Position numbers and translations under genes: made by a program. DNA of 36,186 nucleotides from the NCBI GenBank assembly GCA_947053455.1, contig CAMRSV010000006.1, positions 1-36,186 of the forward strand, given 5' to 3'. Of this stretch, positions 1 to 9,304 are shown piece by piece. How positions within the stretch are numbered: position 1 is the first letter of the stretch; each line of letters starts with the position of its first letter. The DNA comes from an uncultured Alphaproteobacteria bacterium. GTDB lineage: Bacteria; Pseudomonadota; Alphaproteobacteria; Rs-D84. The notes beneath the pieces were generated by a model. It was not told the origin of the DNA. It did not search any database and was given only the letters and a program-made list of their open reading frames with translations.

Positions 1-77
1 ACAACAAAGCGATGGAAATGCACAACAAATTGCAAAAAATCAAAATTACACAAAGTCCTGTGTTGCAGTAAAATAAC

Positions 78-97
78 ACCGCCCCATTCGGGGCGGT
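78..97. terminator. Probable bidirectional intrinsic terminator downstream of tolA
   Basis: ACCGCCCC-ATTC-GGGGCGGT hairpin just past the tolA stop. Confidence 0.65.
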
Positions 98-117
98 TTG
101 ATTATATTTGGGCGCAA

Positions 118-864
118 CTACATAACCTTGCCCTGGGTGGGGTAGAAGGTAAGTTGAATTTTCTCCCACTTTTCAAATTCACCACGCGGCAACATTTTTA
201 ACGGCTGGCATGTATTTATGGCGGCGCGTATCGTCCCCAGAACATATGCAAACGCCGGGTCGGTCTGTTCCCGCGCCGCGGATTCAAACCATACGTCGCG
301 CACAGTACCATTCGGACGCATCGTTAAATGGGCAACCGCACGAATATCCGAAATATCCGGGCGCGTCGTATCAATAACCCAACAACGCGTCATCGCAACA
401 CGCAATGCATCCACAACCGAAACTGTCATTGTCCGGTCTAGTGATACAACATCACGCTTTACACGAACGACTGTCTTTTTCTTTGGGGCGGGCGTATCCG
501 GCTTTTTTTCGGGCGTGGGTTCTGGTTTCTTGGGCGCCGCATCCGACGCATCAGCAACCAATGACGGCGCATCAATTTTTTGCGGTGATTCCGCATCCGG
601 TTTTGCCGGGGCGGGTTCTGGCTTTTGATTCTTTGGCGACTCTTCATCCTCCTTTGGCGCGTCAGTATTATACAACACAGTGTCGTCGCCACGAACACGC
701 ACGGAATTCAAATCCAGTTCCATTATTTCAATACGATCCGGCGCGACCAATTGCGCACGATTAACGACCAGCGTAAACGACGTCACCAAAATCGCCCCCA
801 GCACCAGGTGACCGCCAACCGACATCAGCAAATTTTCCGATGAAAATTGATTCCACTTTCCCAT
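118..864 (-). CDS. tolA: TolA/TonB-like energy transducer (N-terminal TM, Pro/Lys-rich linker, TonB/TolA C-terminal domain)
   Basis: SVGGH TM motif (S-x3-H), P/K-rich linker, C-terminal 'RCW...A(I)..CQPL.LP...W..I.LTF.P'; follows tolQ-tolR. Confidence 0.8.
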   Translation of the reverse strand: MGKWNQFSSENLLMSVGGHLVLGAILVTSFTLVVNRAQLVAPDRIEIMELDLNSVRVRGDDTVLYNTDAPKEDEESPKNQKPEPAPAKPDAESPQKIDAPSLVADASDAAPKKPEPTPEKKPDTPAPKKKTVVRVKRDVVSLDRTMTVSVVDALRVAMTRCWVIDTTRPDISDIRAVAHLTMRPNGTVRDVWFESAAREQTDPAFAYVLGTIRAAINTCQPLKMLPRGEFEKWEKIQLTFYPTQGKVM

Positions 865-867
865 GCT

Positions 868-1269
868 TTAATTCCCGGTGCGCGTACGCAACCCGACGCG
901 CTGAAATCCGGCGTCCTTTAATTTACCCATAACCGCCATTACCGCACCGTAATCCGCCGACGCATCGCCGTTTATCACAATTGTCAATTGCGGATTTTCC
1001 CCGCGCATTGCAACTGCACGGCGAACAACGTCGTCAATTTTCAACTGCGTATCGGCAATATAATATCGACCGGCCGTGTCAACACTAATCTGTATTGCAT
1101 GGTCATTACCGGTCAATACGGAATTACCCGCACGCGGCAAATCCAAATCTATGCCGTTTGTCATCATTGGTGTTGTCACCATAAACACCGCCAGCAACAC
1201 CGTCATAATATCAATCATTGGCGTCAAAGAAATGCTGGCGTCTGTAGATCTGCGTCTGATGCGTGACAT
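868..1269 (-). CDS. tolR: TolR/ExbD biopolymer transport protein
   Basis: LTPMIDIMTVLLAVFMVT motif, DLP, GD...YG.V..VM..L..AG. Confidence 0.9.
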   Translation of the reverse strand: MSRIRRRSTDASISLTPMIDIMTVLLAVFMVTTPMMTNGIDLDLPRAGNSVLTGNDHAIQISVDTAGRYYIADTQLKIDDVVRRAVAMRGENPQLTIVINGDASADYGAVMAVMGKLKDAGFQRVGLRTRTGN

Positions 1270-1271
1270 TT

Positions 1272-1787
1272 TTATTTCCCCACCGCTTTTTTATTATTGT
1301 TACGTGTCGTCATTTCACGTCGTGTTTCATCCAGTCTGTCAAACAAATCATCCGCACGACGGGCAAAATACTGGTATGCAATGGCCGCAGGAATCGCCGC
1401 AATCAACCCCAATGCCGTTGTTCCCAATGCCGTGGCCAGACCCGGCGCGATAACACCGATTGAAACAGATTGATTTACGCCAATTGCCGCAAACGAATCC
1501 ATAACGCCCCATATAGTACCGAACAGTCCAATAAACGGCGCAACATACGAAACCATGGATAAAAACCACAAATTCCGGTCAAACGGCCGAACCAGCTTTT
1601 CAACCGATGTCGCCAGATTGTCGCCAGATTTTATTGAAACCGGATTTCGCTTCTGAAAACGCCACAGACGAATTTTTTCAATTATTACCGCCCAGGTCAT
1701 TACACTGAACCCAACCAAAACCAGCGATATAAACAGCGTCATTATGTCGCCTGTAAATAAATTCAACAATGAAAAACTATTTCCCAT
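1272..1787 (-). CDS. tolQ: TolQ/ExbB/MotA proton channel family protein (short, ~171 aa)
   Basis: APFIGLFGTIWGVM and IAPGLATALGTTALGLIAAIPA motifs; start moved to the ATG at 1787 behind an AAGGA RBS. Confidence 0.9.
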   Translation of the reverse strand: MGNSFSLLNLFTGDIMTLFISLVLVGFSVMTWAVIIEKIRLWRFQKRNPVSIKSGDNLATSVEKLVRPFDRNLWFLSMVSYVAPFIGLFGTIWGVMDSFAAIGVNQSVSIGVIAPGLATALGTTALGLIAAIPAAIAYQYFARRADDLFDRLDETRREMTTRNNNKKAVGK

Positions 1788-1821
1788 TTTTTCGTCCTTT
1801 CCTTCTTTTTCTTTTAATTTT

Positions 1822-2196
1822 TTAAGCCAATAGTGCGGCAATCTCATCCGGTATTCGTTTTGGATGCATATCCGCACCAATATACGCGGCGGTAAGTGTT
1901 ATTATAGCACAAACAACCCCATCTTTTACAAATTTTTGCGCAATATCAATTGATGCCGCCCCAACTTTGGTAATATCAGATTCCACGATAAAATCGTCAC
2001 CCAGTTTCAATGGCGCAATATATCGCACGGCAAGTTCACGCACAACAAAGCCCACATCATCACCAACATGTGCAAATCCGCGTAACCAGTTCATTCGCGC
2101 GCGTTCTGCGATTTCAATGTACCGGCCGTGATAAACAATACCGCCGGCATCGGTATCCGCATATGCGATTGAAAATGGAAATTTATGTGTTGCCAT
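1822..2196 (-). CDS. ybgC: YbgC-family acyl-CoA thioesterase
   Basis: DTDAGGIVYHGRY...ERAR motif; canonical position between ruvB and tolQ. Confidence 0.9.
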   Translation of the reverse strand: MATHKFPFSIAYADTDAGGIVYHGRYIEIAERARMNWLRGFAHVGDDVGFVVRELAVRYIAPLKLGDDFIVESDITKVGAASIDIAQKFVKDGVVCAIITLTAAYIGADMHPKRIPDEIAALLA

Positions 2197-2202
2197 GTTT
2201 TA

Positions 2203-2652
2203 TTATTCCATGATTTTTGTAATCAGTTCCTCTATCAACGCCTGTTGTTCTTTGGTGAACTTGTATTTAGGCAGGGCGCTATTTTTATAAAAATCCATTG
2301 GTGTTGGGTACTTGCCCCGGCCGGTATTAAGCGCACACCAGTCACAGCACATTTCCGCAATTGCATCCACCGTCATATCAGAAACATGTTCCCAATATTC
2401 CGGGTGGTGCGGATTTGAACGCCGATGCGTACCAATTGCGGCGGCACCCGCCTGAATTACACGCTGGTGCGCATTAAAATGATGCCAATGGCACCATTTT
2501 AATGGTGCAATTTTTGATAACATTGGTTCTGTAAACATATCTGCATCATGCGCCGGAAATGATTGGCCAATTTTTGCCGCATACCGGTTTACGGCGGCGA
2601 CATGTTCGGCACGCTGACGCTTATAAAAAGCAATCATCTTGTCCGCGTTCAT
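2203..2652 (-). CDS. DUF5662-like (HD-related) hypothetical protein
   Basis: H...HD...H..NPHHPEYW...EM.CDW motif pattern. Confidence 0.65.
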   Translation of the reverse strand: MNADKMIAFYKRQRAEHVAAVNRYAAKIGQSFPAHDADMFTEPMLSKIAPLKWCHWHHFNAHQRVIQAGAAAIGTHRRSNPHHPEYWEHVSDMTVDAIAEMCCDWCALNTGRGKYPTPMDFYKNSALPKYKFTKEQQALIEELITKIME

Positions 2653-3638
2653 TTTTCCAGACCCAGATGTTTGTACCCCGCATCCGTCACAATACGGCCG
2701 CGCGGCGTACGCTGAACAAAGCCCAACTGCATCAGATACGGTTCAACCACATCTTCGATTGTGTCAACCGGTTCGGACAATGCCGCCCCCAGATTTTCAA
2801 TTCCGACCGGGCCGCCCGCATAATGACGCACGATTGTCGACATGTATTCGCGGTCGATTTCATCTAATCCACATTCATCAATATGCAATTGGCAAAGAGT
2901 GGTTTTTATAGTGTCAGCCGATATTTCATTTTTATTCAGTGCCGCCGCAAAGTCACGCGCACGTTTTAACAATCTGTTTGCAATACGCGGCGTGCCGCGC
3001 GAACTCTTGGCCAACATCAGCGCACCCGTCGCATCAATCGGCGTCCCCAAAATTTGGGCGCTGCGCTGAATAATGCGCGCCAGGTCTTCGGGTGAATAGA
3101 ACGACAGGCGTAAATCAATACCAAATCGGTCGCGCAACGGATTGGACAACAGCCCCGTTCGCGTCGTTGCACCGACAAGTGTAAACGGCGGCAAATCTAT
3201 GCGAACGCTTTTTGCGCTAGGCCCTTCGCCCAGCATGATGTCCAGTTTGAAATCTTCCATTGCGGAATAAAGCACTTCCTCAATCGCGGTCGGCAAACGG
3301 TGAATTTCATCAATAAAAAGCACGTCCATCGGTTCCAGTGCCGTCAAAATTGCCGCCAAATCGCCTTGCTTGGTCAACATGGGCGCCGCCGTAGCGCGGA
3401 AATTCGTCCCCAATTCATTTGCGACGATGTGCGCCAGTGTCGTTTTTCCCAACCCCGGCGGCCCGTATAACAAAACGTGATCCATCGCCTCGGCTCGTGA
3501 CTTGGCGCCGGAAATAAATACGGAAAGATTTTGTTTCAAACTATCGTGCCCGATAAAATCCATTAACGCCCGTGGACGGATGGATGCCGCAATGTCATCC
3601 GGGATGTTCGGGTCAAAAAACCTGTCGTTTGTATTCAT
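2649..3638 (-). CDS. ruvB: Holliday junction branch migration helicase RuvB
   Basis: GPPGLGKTT Walker A, FIDEIHR, GATTR, RGTPRIANRLL, EPYL..G...RTPRGR. Confidence 0.98.
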   Translation of the reverse strand: MNTNDRFFDPNIPDDIAASIRPRALMDFIGHDSLKQNLSVFISGAKSRAEAMDHVLLYGPPGLGKTTLAHIVANELGTNFRATAAPMLTKQGDLAAILTALEPMDVLFIDEIHRLPTAIEEVLYSAMEDFKLDIMLGEGPSAKSVRIDLPPFTLVGATTRTGLLSNPLRDRFGIDLRLSFYSPEDLARIIQRSAQILGTPIDATGALMLAKSSRGTPRIANRLLKRARDFAAALNKNEISADTIKTTLCQLHIDECGLDEIDREYMSTIVRHYAGGPVGIENLGAALSEPVDTIEDVVEPYLMQLGFVQRTPRGRIVTDAGYKHLGLEK

Positions 3639-4297
3639 CAGAGTAACTTATCCTCGGCATTTTCGCGGCCAACATAGGCCTTCAAATCATTGTACATCTG
3701 GCGCAGGTCGGGCGGAGTGCTGTACGCGGAGTCCGCATTTTTTACCCGAATTGTTTCCAAATCTATCTGTGCCTGTTTTTTCAAAATCTGGGTCATGTGT
3801 GCGGCAAATGTCTTTGCATCATCAGATTCGGCTGCCCCCTGCAGTAATAATCCGCGGTTCGGCCGGGGTGACAAAAACGCAAAATCAGATATTGACGGGT
3901 CGGGCGAAACCAGGGCAAATCCCGAAACCTCGGGTCGGCGCATCATCGCCTGCAGTACATACCATGCACCCAACTGGTGCCCGGCAAGCCAAATTTTATC
4001 ACTGTCTTCGTTATGGTTTTGAATCCAATCAATTACGGTGGCAATATCCAGCATGTTATCCGCCGTGGTGCCAACCGCACCTTCGGAATCATTTACCCCG
4101 CGATAATTAAAACGGACAACAGAAAAACCAATGTCCATAAACGCGCGAAACATTGCATACGACACCCGGTCGTTCATATGATACTTTTGCCGCGGATTTC
4201 CAGACAGCACCACCGCCAATGGTGCCGCAGGAGTGGCTGATTTATGATATACTGCATGCAATTTTCCAGATTCACCCGTAATTATAATATCAACCAT
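3638..4297 (-). CDS. Alpha/beta-hydrolase fold protein, probably catalytically inactive
   Basis: GF.VVRFNYRGV..SEG, DW, W.AG.xLGAW, MRRPE and DFAFLSP match the small alphaproteobacterial alpha/beta hydrolase family; the nucleophile elbow reads GHQLG. Confidence 0.8.
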   Translation of the reverse strand: MVDIIITGESGKLHAVYHKSATPAAPLAVVLSGNPRQKYHMNDRVSYAMFRAFMDIGFSVVRFNYRGVNDSEGAVGTTADNMLDIATVIDWIQNHNEDSDKIWLAGHQLGAWYVLQAMMRRPEVSGFALVSPDPSISDFAFLSPRPNRGLLLQGAAESDDAKTFAAHMTQILKKQAQIDLETIRVKNADSAYSTPPDLRQMYNDLKAYVGRENAEDKLL

Positions 4298-4387
4298 GTT
4301 AATAAGCCTTTCCTTGAATCATTAATCTCTTTTATGTAATACTTATAGAACAAACGAAATACAATTTTCAATAAAAATATTTTTGTT

Positions 4388-4417
4388 TTGACACGATATG
4401 CGAAAATGGGTTAAGAT
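4388..4417 (+). promoter_or_regulatory. Putative sigma70 promoter
   Basis: TTGACA-N18-TAAGAT upstream of the 4445 ORF. Confidence 0.5.
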
Positions 4418-4444
4418 TTAAGAAAGTATACAGAAAGGCAAGAC

Positions 4445-5377
4445 ATGGCTAAATTTATTTCTATGGCTGTTTTCGCGGTTTTATGCGCCATTCCCGCCTA
4501 TGCGGCGAATGAAAACATAGTGGTTGAAGATTTTCAAACCATATATACCGAAACGCCGGTGCAGTCATATTATGCATATCCGGACGACCCGAATTTTATT
4601 CCGGAAACAGAATTTATGGAACGCGCGGACAGTCTGGACTATGACCAGAACATAATTGCTGCCCGTGACGCAGAGCAGGCACGCCACCCCGGCGTAATAT
4701 TTGCCGACCGACCGATGATTATTTGCCGCAATTTCGGATGCACACGCCTGAACGACCGCATTACGCGCACATTCCTGTTTAACAGCCTGGCAAACATGTT
4801 CATGATGAATGCACACTCGCGACTGTATATATGCGAAGCAGACCCGTTTTCACGTGACTGCCTGCAATCGGGCATTTCGTTCCCGGTACGTGCCGGTGTT
4901 GCCAATGCACTAATAAAAATACCCAAGGCAACCATTTCACAGGTAAATGTTTCAACAGGGCTGTCCAAGGCGACGGTTGGAATGACATACGAATTTCTGG
5001 TAAATGGGATTGACAGAAAGTGCGAACCGACCGTTATGGATATCATGGTTCCGATAAATTCCCAGGCAACATTGTCAAACCGCGAATTTACATGCAACAT
5101 GACCAGCGACGGTTTAAGCAACGTGTCACTTTTGGTCAGCATTGATTACATTGATTTAGATTACGGTATATTGGGTGGCTACTATTCCCTGGGGATGCAG
5201 GGACCAACAACCGGCGGCGGAACGGGATATGCGCTGTTCAAAACGGAATTTACCACGAATGGAATGAAATTCCGTGCCTCCGTAGACGAAACAATTATAG
5301 ACACCGGCACACGCATGGGCGGCGCAACGCGAACAATCCAGCCCGGCGAATATGCGGTTGAACCACTGAAGAAATAA
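4445..5377 (+). CDS. Hypothetical secreted/periplasmic protein
   Basis: 310-aa ORF, Sec-type signal peptide (...IPAYA), several Cys, RBS AAGG, terminator downstream. Confidence 0.75.
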   Translation: MAKFISMAVFAVLCAIPAYAANENIVVEDFQTIYTETPVQSYYAYPDDPNFIPETEFMERADSLDYDQNIIAARDAEQARHPGVIFADRPMIICRNFGCTRLNDRITRTFLFNSLANMFMMNAHSRLYICEADPFSRDCLQSGISFPVRAGVANALIKIPKATISQVNVSTGLSKATVGMTYEFLVNGIDRKCEPTVMDIMVPINSQATLSNREFTCNMTSDGLSNVSLLVSIDYIDLDYGILGGYYSLGMQGPTTGGGTGYALFKTEFTTNGMKFRASVDETIIDTGTRMGGATRTIQPGEYAVEPLKK

Positions 5378-5381
5378 AAAT

Positions 5382-5410
5382 AAAATTCCAAGGTTCGGCC
5401 TTGGAATTTT
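5382..5410 (+). terminator. Intrinsic terminator
   Basis: AAAATTCCAAGG-TTCGG-CCTTGGAATTTT hairpin. Confidence 0.7.
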
Positions 5411-5422
5411 TAATGGAACTAA

Positions 5423-6079
5423 ATGAATAAAATTGTATTGATTGTTGATGATGACGATATGTTGCGCACAGCGTTGGCAACCGGGTTGCGCGCCGAAGGA
5501 TTTGATACCATAACCGCAGATGGTGCCGATGCGGCGCAACAAATTTTAACGCGAATATCTGTTGATGCAATTGTTCTAGACCGCATGATGGTTGGAACTG
5601 ATGGCTTAACGTTTTTAAAGCAGTTACGCGCGAACGGTAATGCGACGCCTGTAATAATGCTAACCGCAATGACGGGGCCGGAAAATGCCATAGATGGATT
5701 GTCGGGTGGGGCGGATGATTATTTATCAAAACCGTTTCAATTGCGCGAATTGGTTTTGCGTTTAGAAAAAATTATACAAAAACGCGTTATAAACCATGCA
5801 CCAATGCCGGCGGGTCTGATTTTTACCGACGACGAATTTTTTGTGATAAACGGCGGCGCGCCGCGGGCACTGGGGTTATCGGGCGAAGAAAAAAAACTGC
5901 TGCAAAAACTGACGATGCCGGTCGGCAATATTGCGCCCAGTACACCAATGGTTGCAAAACGCTTGCGCAACAAATTAAATGTTGTATTATCCAGTATGGA
6001 TATTATAACAATCCGGGGGCAAGGATATAAATTGGTTGATTTAAGTCCGCGCACACAACAAAAGGATGTAACAAAATGA
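5423..6079 (+). CDS. OmpR/PhoB-family response regulator
   Basis: IVDDD, LDRMM phospho-Asp, MLTA, GADDYLSKPF; C-terminal RLRNKL...TIRGQGY. Confidence 0.9.
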   Translation: MNKIVLIVDDDDMLRTALATGLRAEGFDTITADGADAAQQILTRISVDAIVLDRMMVGTDGLTFLKQLRANGNATPVIMLTAMTGPENAIDGLSGGADDYLSKPFQLRELVLRLEKIIQKRVINHAPMPAGLIFTDDEFFVINGGAPRALGLSGEEKKLLQKLTMPVGNIAPSTPMVAKRLRNKLNVVLSSMDIITIRGQGYKLVDLSPRTQQKDVTK

Positions 6080-7356
6080 GACTGATTCCACGAAAATTTT
6101 TATGGCGAACAATATTGATGGTACTAGTTCCGCTGATTATAACGCAGGTTATCATCGCAAATGTGTTCTTTGGGAATCACTGGAAACGCGTTCATGCAAC
6201 TTTGGCACGAACAATGGCCGGGGAAATTGTCACAATGACAAATTTCATGGACAACGGTGACGCGGACGCCATGCTGGATATGGGACAGGCAACCGGAATA
6301 AACGTGACAATAAATGAACGCCTGAACCGACCGAAACATAATGATAACAAGGCGCACGAGGCCGGAATGTTGGCCAGAGAGCTGTCCCACCGCTTGCAAC
6401 GTTCCGCACAAATATATATTGACCGCGGCAAGCATCTGGTATTTGTTGATGTTCCAACCAAGGACGGCCGCATCGCAACATTTGCAACATCACTGTCACG
6501 TATTTATTCAACCAGTACGGAATTGTTCTTGATGTGGTTGGTGGGTTCAATTTTAATCGTGTCGATTTTAATCGCACCATTTATAATTTTGCACTCGCGC
6601 AGTATTCGACGCATCGCCAAGGCTGCCAATCAATTCGGGCGCGGTCTGGATGCACCGGGCTTTGAACCGACCGGTTCCAAAGAAATACGCGAAGCTGCCA
6701 CGGCTATGATCACAATGAAGGAACGCCTGAACAGATACAACCGCACCCGTACTGACATGTTAAACGCGGTCAGCCATGATTTAAAGGCGCCGCTAACCCG
6801 GATGCGTCTGGCGGTGGAAACAGGTGCAGCGACCCAAAAAGAACTGCTGCGCGATATCGACCGGATGTCGGAAATGGTAAACGGATATTTATCGTTCGCA
6901 CGTGGTGAAATGCCTGAAATTGAACAAAGCGTTGAATTACCGGCCATGCTGATACGCATTGCACGCGACGCGGCGCCAGACAAGAAAATTGAAACGATTT
7001 TCCCAGATGCCCCCGCACAGTTTTATGCACGACCAATGGCGCTGGCACGGGCGTTTGGAAACATAATTGAAAATGCGGCACGCTATGCCAAAAAGAAAAT
7101 ACGCATAACGGAAATTGATACCGCAGAACAGGTTGAGGTCATCATTGAAGATGACGGCCCTGGAATTCCAGACGATAAAAAACGCGACGCAATGCGACCA
7201 TTTGTAAGATTAGATTCGGCGCGTGGCGCAAAAACCGGCGGAACTGGGCTGGGGCTGTCGATTGCGCAGACGGCAATTGAAAACCACGGTGGACAAATGT
7301 TCCTGGAAAACAGCGATATGGGCGGTCTGCGCGTCAGAATAGTATTACCAGTATAA
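6076..7356 (+). CDS. EnvZ-like sensor histidine kinase
   Basis: Two TMs, HAMP, H-box VSHDLKAPLTR, N-box NIIENA, DDGPG, GGTGLGLSI; ATGA overlap with the regulator. Confidence 0.92.
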   Translation: MRLIPRKFLWRTILMVLVPLIITQVIIANVFFGNHWKRVHATLARTMAGEIVTMTNFMDNGDADAMLDMGQATGINVTINERLNRPKHNDNKAHEAGMLARELSHRLQRSAQIYIDRGKHLVFVDVPTKDGRIATFATSLSRIYSTSTELFLMWLVGSILIVSILIAPFIILHSRSIRRIAKAANQFGRGLDAPGFEPTGSKEIREAATAMITMKERLNRYNRTRTDMLNAVSHDLKAPLTRMRLAVETGAATQKELLRDIDRMSEMVNGYLSFARGEMPEIEQSVELPAMLIRIARDAAPDKKIETIFPDAPAQFYARPMALARAFGNIIENAARYAKKKIRITEIDTAEQVEVIIEDDGPGIPDDKKRDAMRPFVRLDSARGAKTGGTGLGLSIAQTAIENHGGQMFLENSDMGGLRVRIVLPV

Positions 7357-7382
7357 TAAATTTAAACGGATGGGTATCAAAA

Positions 7383-9035
7383 ATGAATTTGTATAAGCAT
7401 GTATCTGAATCAATAAATAAAAAACTGGGCGCGGCCGTCAATCTAGAGGTTCCACGCAACCGAGATTTTGGCGATTTTGCAACAAACGCCGCCATGGTTA
7501 TGGCAAAATCAGTTGGCAAAAATCCACGCGAATTGGCAGGAGATATTGCTGAAAAAATCGCAGAACTGCCATTTGTAGCCGAAACATCCGTTGCGGGTCC
7601 TGGGTTTATTAACATAAAGTTGCGCGACGACTTTATCTGGGACGCAGCCGGCGCGAAAGTTGATACCAACACGTCCAACGCAAAAAAAATCGATTTAGAC
7701 TATGGCGGATATAATGTGGGCAAAGCGCTGCATATCGGGCACCTGCGCACGACTATTGTTGGTGATACATTCAACCGCATTGCAAAATCATTGGGGCACA
7801 AAACAAAAAGTTACAATCATATCGGCGACTGGGGACGGCCGATGGGGCTTATAATCGCATGGATTCTGGAAAACGGCATGCCGGAAAGTGCGGCTGAATT
7901 GAATAAAATATATCCAGCATCCACCGCCCGTGCCAAGGAGGACGATGCATGGCTGCAACACGCAAAAGAAGTGACAGCCGGTCTGCAGGCGGGCGATGCA
8001 AAATATCGCGAAATATATGACGCGTTTATGAAAATATCACTGGCGCAAATGGACGAAGTGCTGCACCGTTTGAACGTTCTGCCGTTTGATGCAACAATGG
8101 GCGAACGCGGCGTGGCCGAATATGTGGCCGATACGCAAAAAATACTGGAATCAAAAAAACTGCTGGTTGAATCAGACGGGGCAATGATTGTAAATGTCAA
8201 ACGCGATGATGACACGGCGCCGATGCCACCACTAATGTTTCGAACCAGCAGCGATACCCAGACATACGCCGCAGCAGACTTGTCTGCGATATATTACCGC
8301 GCCAAGACCGACAAACCGGATATCATTGGCTATTTTACAGACTCGCGCCAGAATCTGCACTTTAACCAAGTGTTTCGCGCCGCAAAATTGGCCGATATTA
8401 CAAATGCGGAACTGTTTCATACGGGTTTTGGCGCATTGACCGGCGCCGATGGCAAGCCATTTAAAACCCGTGACGGCGGCGTGGCAGAATTACTAGATAT
8501 TTTAGATACAGCAACGGACGCAGTACGCGAACGTGTGGCCGCGGCAGGAAAAACATTGCCGGATGATACAATTGCGGCAATCGCACTGGCGGCGGTAAAA
8601 TTCAACGATTTGCTGCACGACGTTCGCGCGGATTATATATTTGACCCAAATCAGATAACCAGTTTCGAAGGACGCACCGGCCCATATATTCTGTACACCG
8701 CCGTGCGTTTGAACAGCATTTTAAGGAAAGCAGGTGACGCAGCCACCGCCAAAATGGGCGAAATGACAACGGATGAACGAAATCTGCTGATTGAGGTACT
8801 GGATTTCGAACGTACAGTACAAACCGCGTTCGACAACCGGGCAACAGACTTGATTGCAAACTATGCATATGATTTATGCCAATTGGTTAACACATTTTAT
8901 CACAATTGCCCGATTTTGCGTGATGATGTGGCCGACGCGACCCGGGTACAACGTTTGCATATCGCACGAATTGCGCGCGATACATTGACACGTGCAATTG
9001 ACCAGATGGGTCTTGTCGTGCCGGATGAAATGTAA
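7383..9035 (+). CDS. argS: Arginine--tRNA ligase
   Basis: GPGFIN, HIGH motif (LHIGHLR), GDWG, FKTRDG, FEGRTGPYILY, terminal Met. Confidence 0.97.
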   Translation: MNLYKHVSESINKKLGAAVNLEVPRNRDFGDFATNAAMVMAKSVGKNPRELAGDIAEKIAELPFVAETSVAGPGFINIKLRDDFIWDAAGAKVDTNTSNAKKIDLDYGGYNVGKALHIGHLRTTIVGDTFNRIAKSLGHKTKSYNHIGDWGRPMGLIIAWILENGMPESAAELNKIYPASTARAKEDDAWLQHAKEVTAGLQAGDAKYREIYDAFMKISLAQMDEVLHRLNVLPFDATMGERGVAEYVADTQKILESKKLLVESDGAMIVNVKRDDDTAPMPPLMFRTSSDTQTYAAADLSAIYYRAKTDKPDIIGYFTDSRQNLHFNQVFRAAKLADITNAELFHTGFGALTGADGKPFKTRDGGVAELLDILDTATDAVRERVAAAGKTLPDDTIAAIALAAVKFNDLLHDVRADYIFDPNQITSFEGRTGPYILYTAVRLNSILRKAGDAATAKMGEMTTDERNLLIEVLDFERTVQTAFDNRATDLIANYAYDLCQLVNTFYHNCPILRDDVADATRVQRLHIARIARDTLTRAIDQMGLVVPDEM

Positions 9036-9057
9036 ATTCGGCTTAAATAAATAACAT

Positions 9058-9082
9058 TGCCGCCCAAACGGGCGGTATTTTT
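9058..9082 (+). terminator. argS intrinsic terminator
   Basis: TGCCGCCC-AAAC-GGGCGGTA followed by TTTTT. Confidence 0.75.
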
Positions 9083-9086
9083 ATTC

Positions 9087-9115
9087 TTGCCCGAAAATCT
9101 GTTTTAATATAAAAT
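9087..9115 (+). promoter_or_regulatory. Putative sigma70 promoter of structured leader copy A
   Basis: TTGCCC-N17-TAAAAT. Confidence 0.6.
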
Positions 9116-9119
9116 AAAA

Positions 9120-9292
9120 CCGATGCGATGAGTTGTCGCATCGGGGCGTCGAAACCCACCATTGTGTTGCCGGGGTACTGGCAAAAAATCTCCTGCAAAG
9201 TGCAGGAGGGTCGGTGAATATAAAATAACCGACGCTATTTCACAATGGATAGTTTCGAACCTCCTGCCACCTGAATTTTTAGGTGGTTTTTT
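9120..9292 (+). ncRNA. Structured leader RNA copy A (C4/CI-antisense-like attenuator)
   Basis: Key TCGAAAC (9149-9155) is complementary to GTTTCGA (9252-9258); closing stem GCAGGAGG/CCTCCTGC; inner stems GTCGGT/ACCGAC and GCTATT/GATAGT; terminator CCACCTGA/TTAGGTGG+T6 before RBS AGGAGA. Confidence 0.7.
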
Positions 9293-9304
9293 ATAGGAGA
9301 AAAA

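Noticed and set aside
1-76. 3' end of a plus-strand gene at the window start
   Set aside because: Two frames end in plausible stops before the terminator and the fragment is too short to assign
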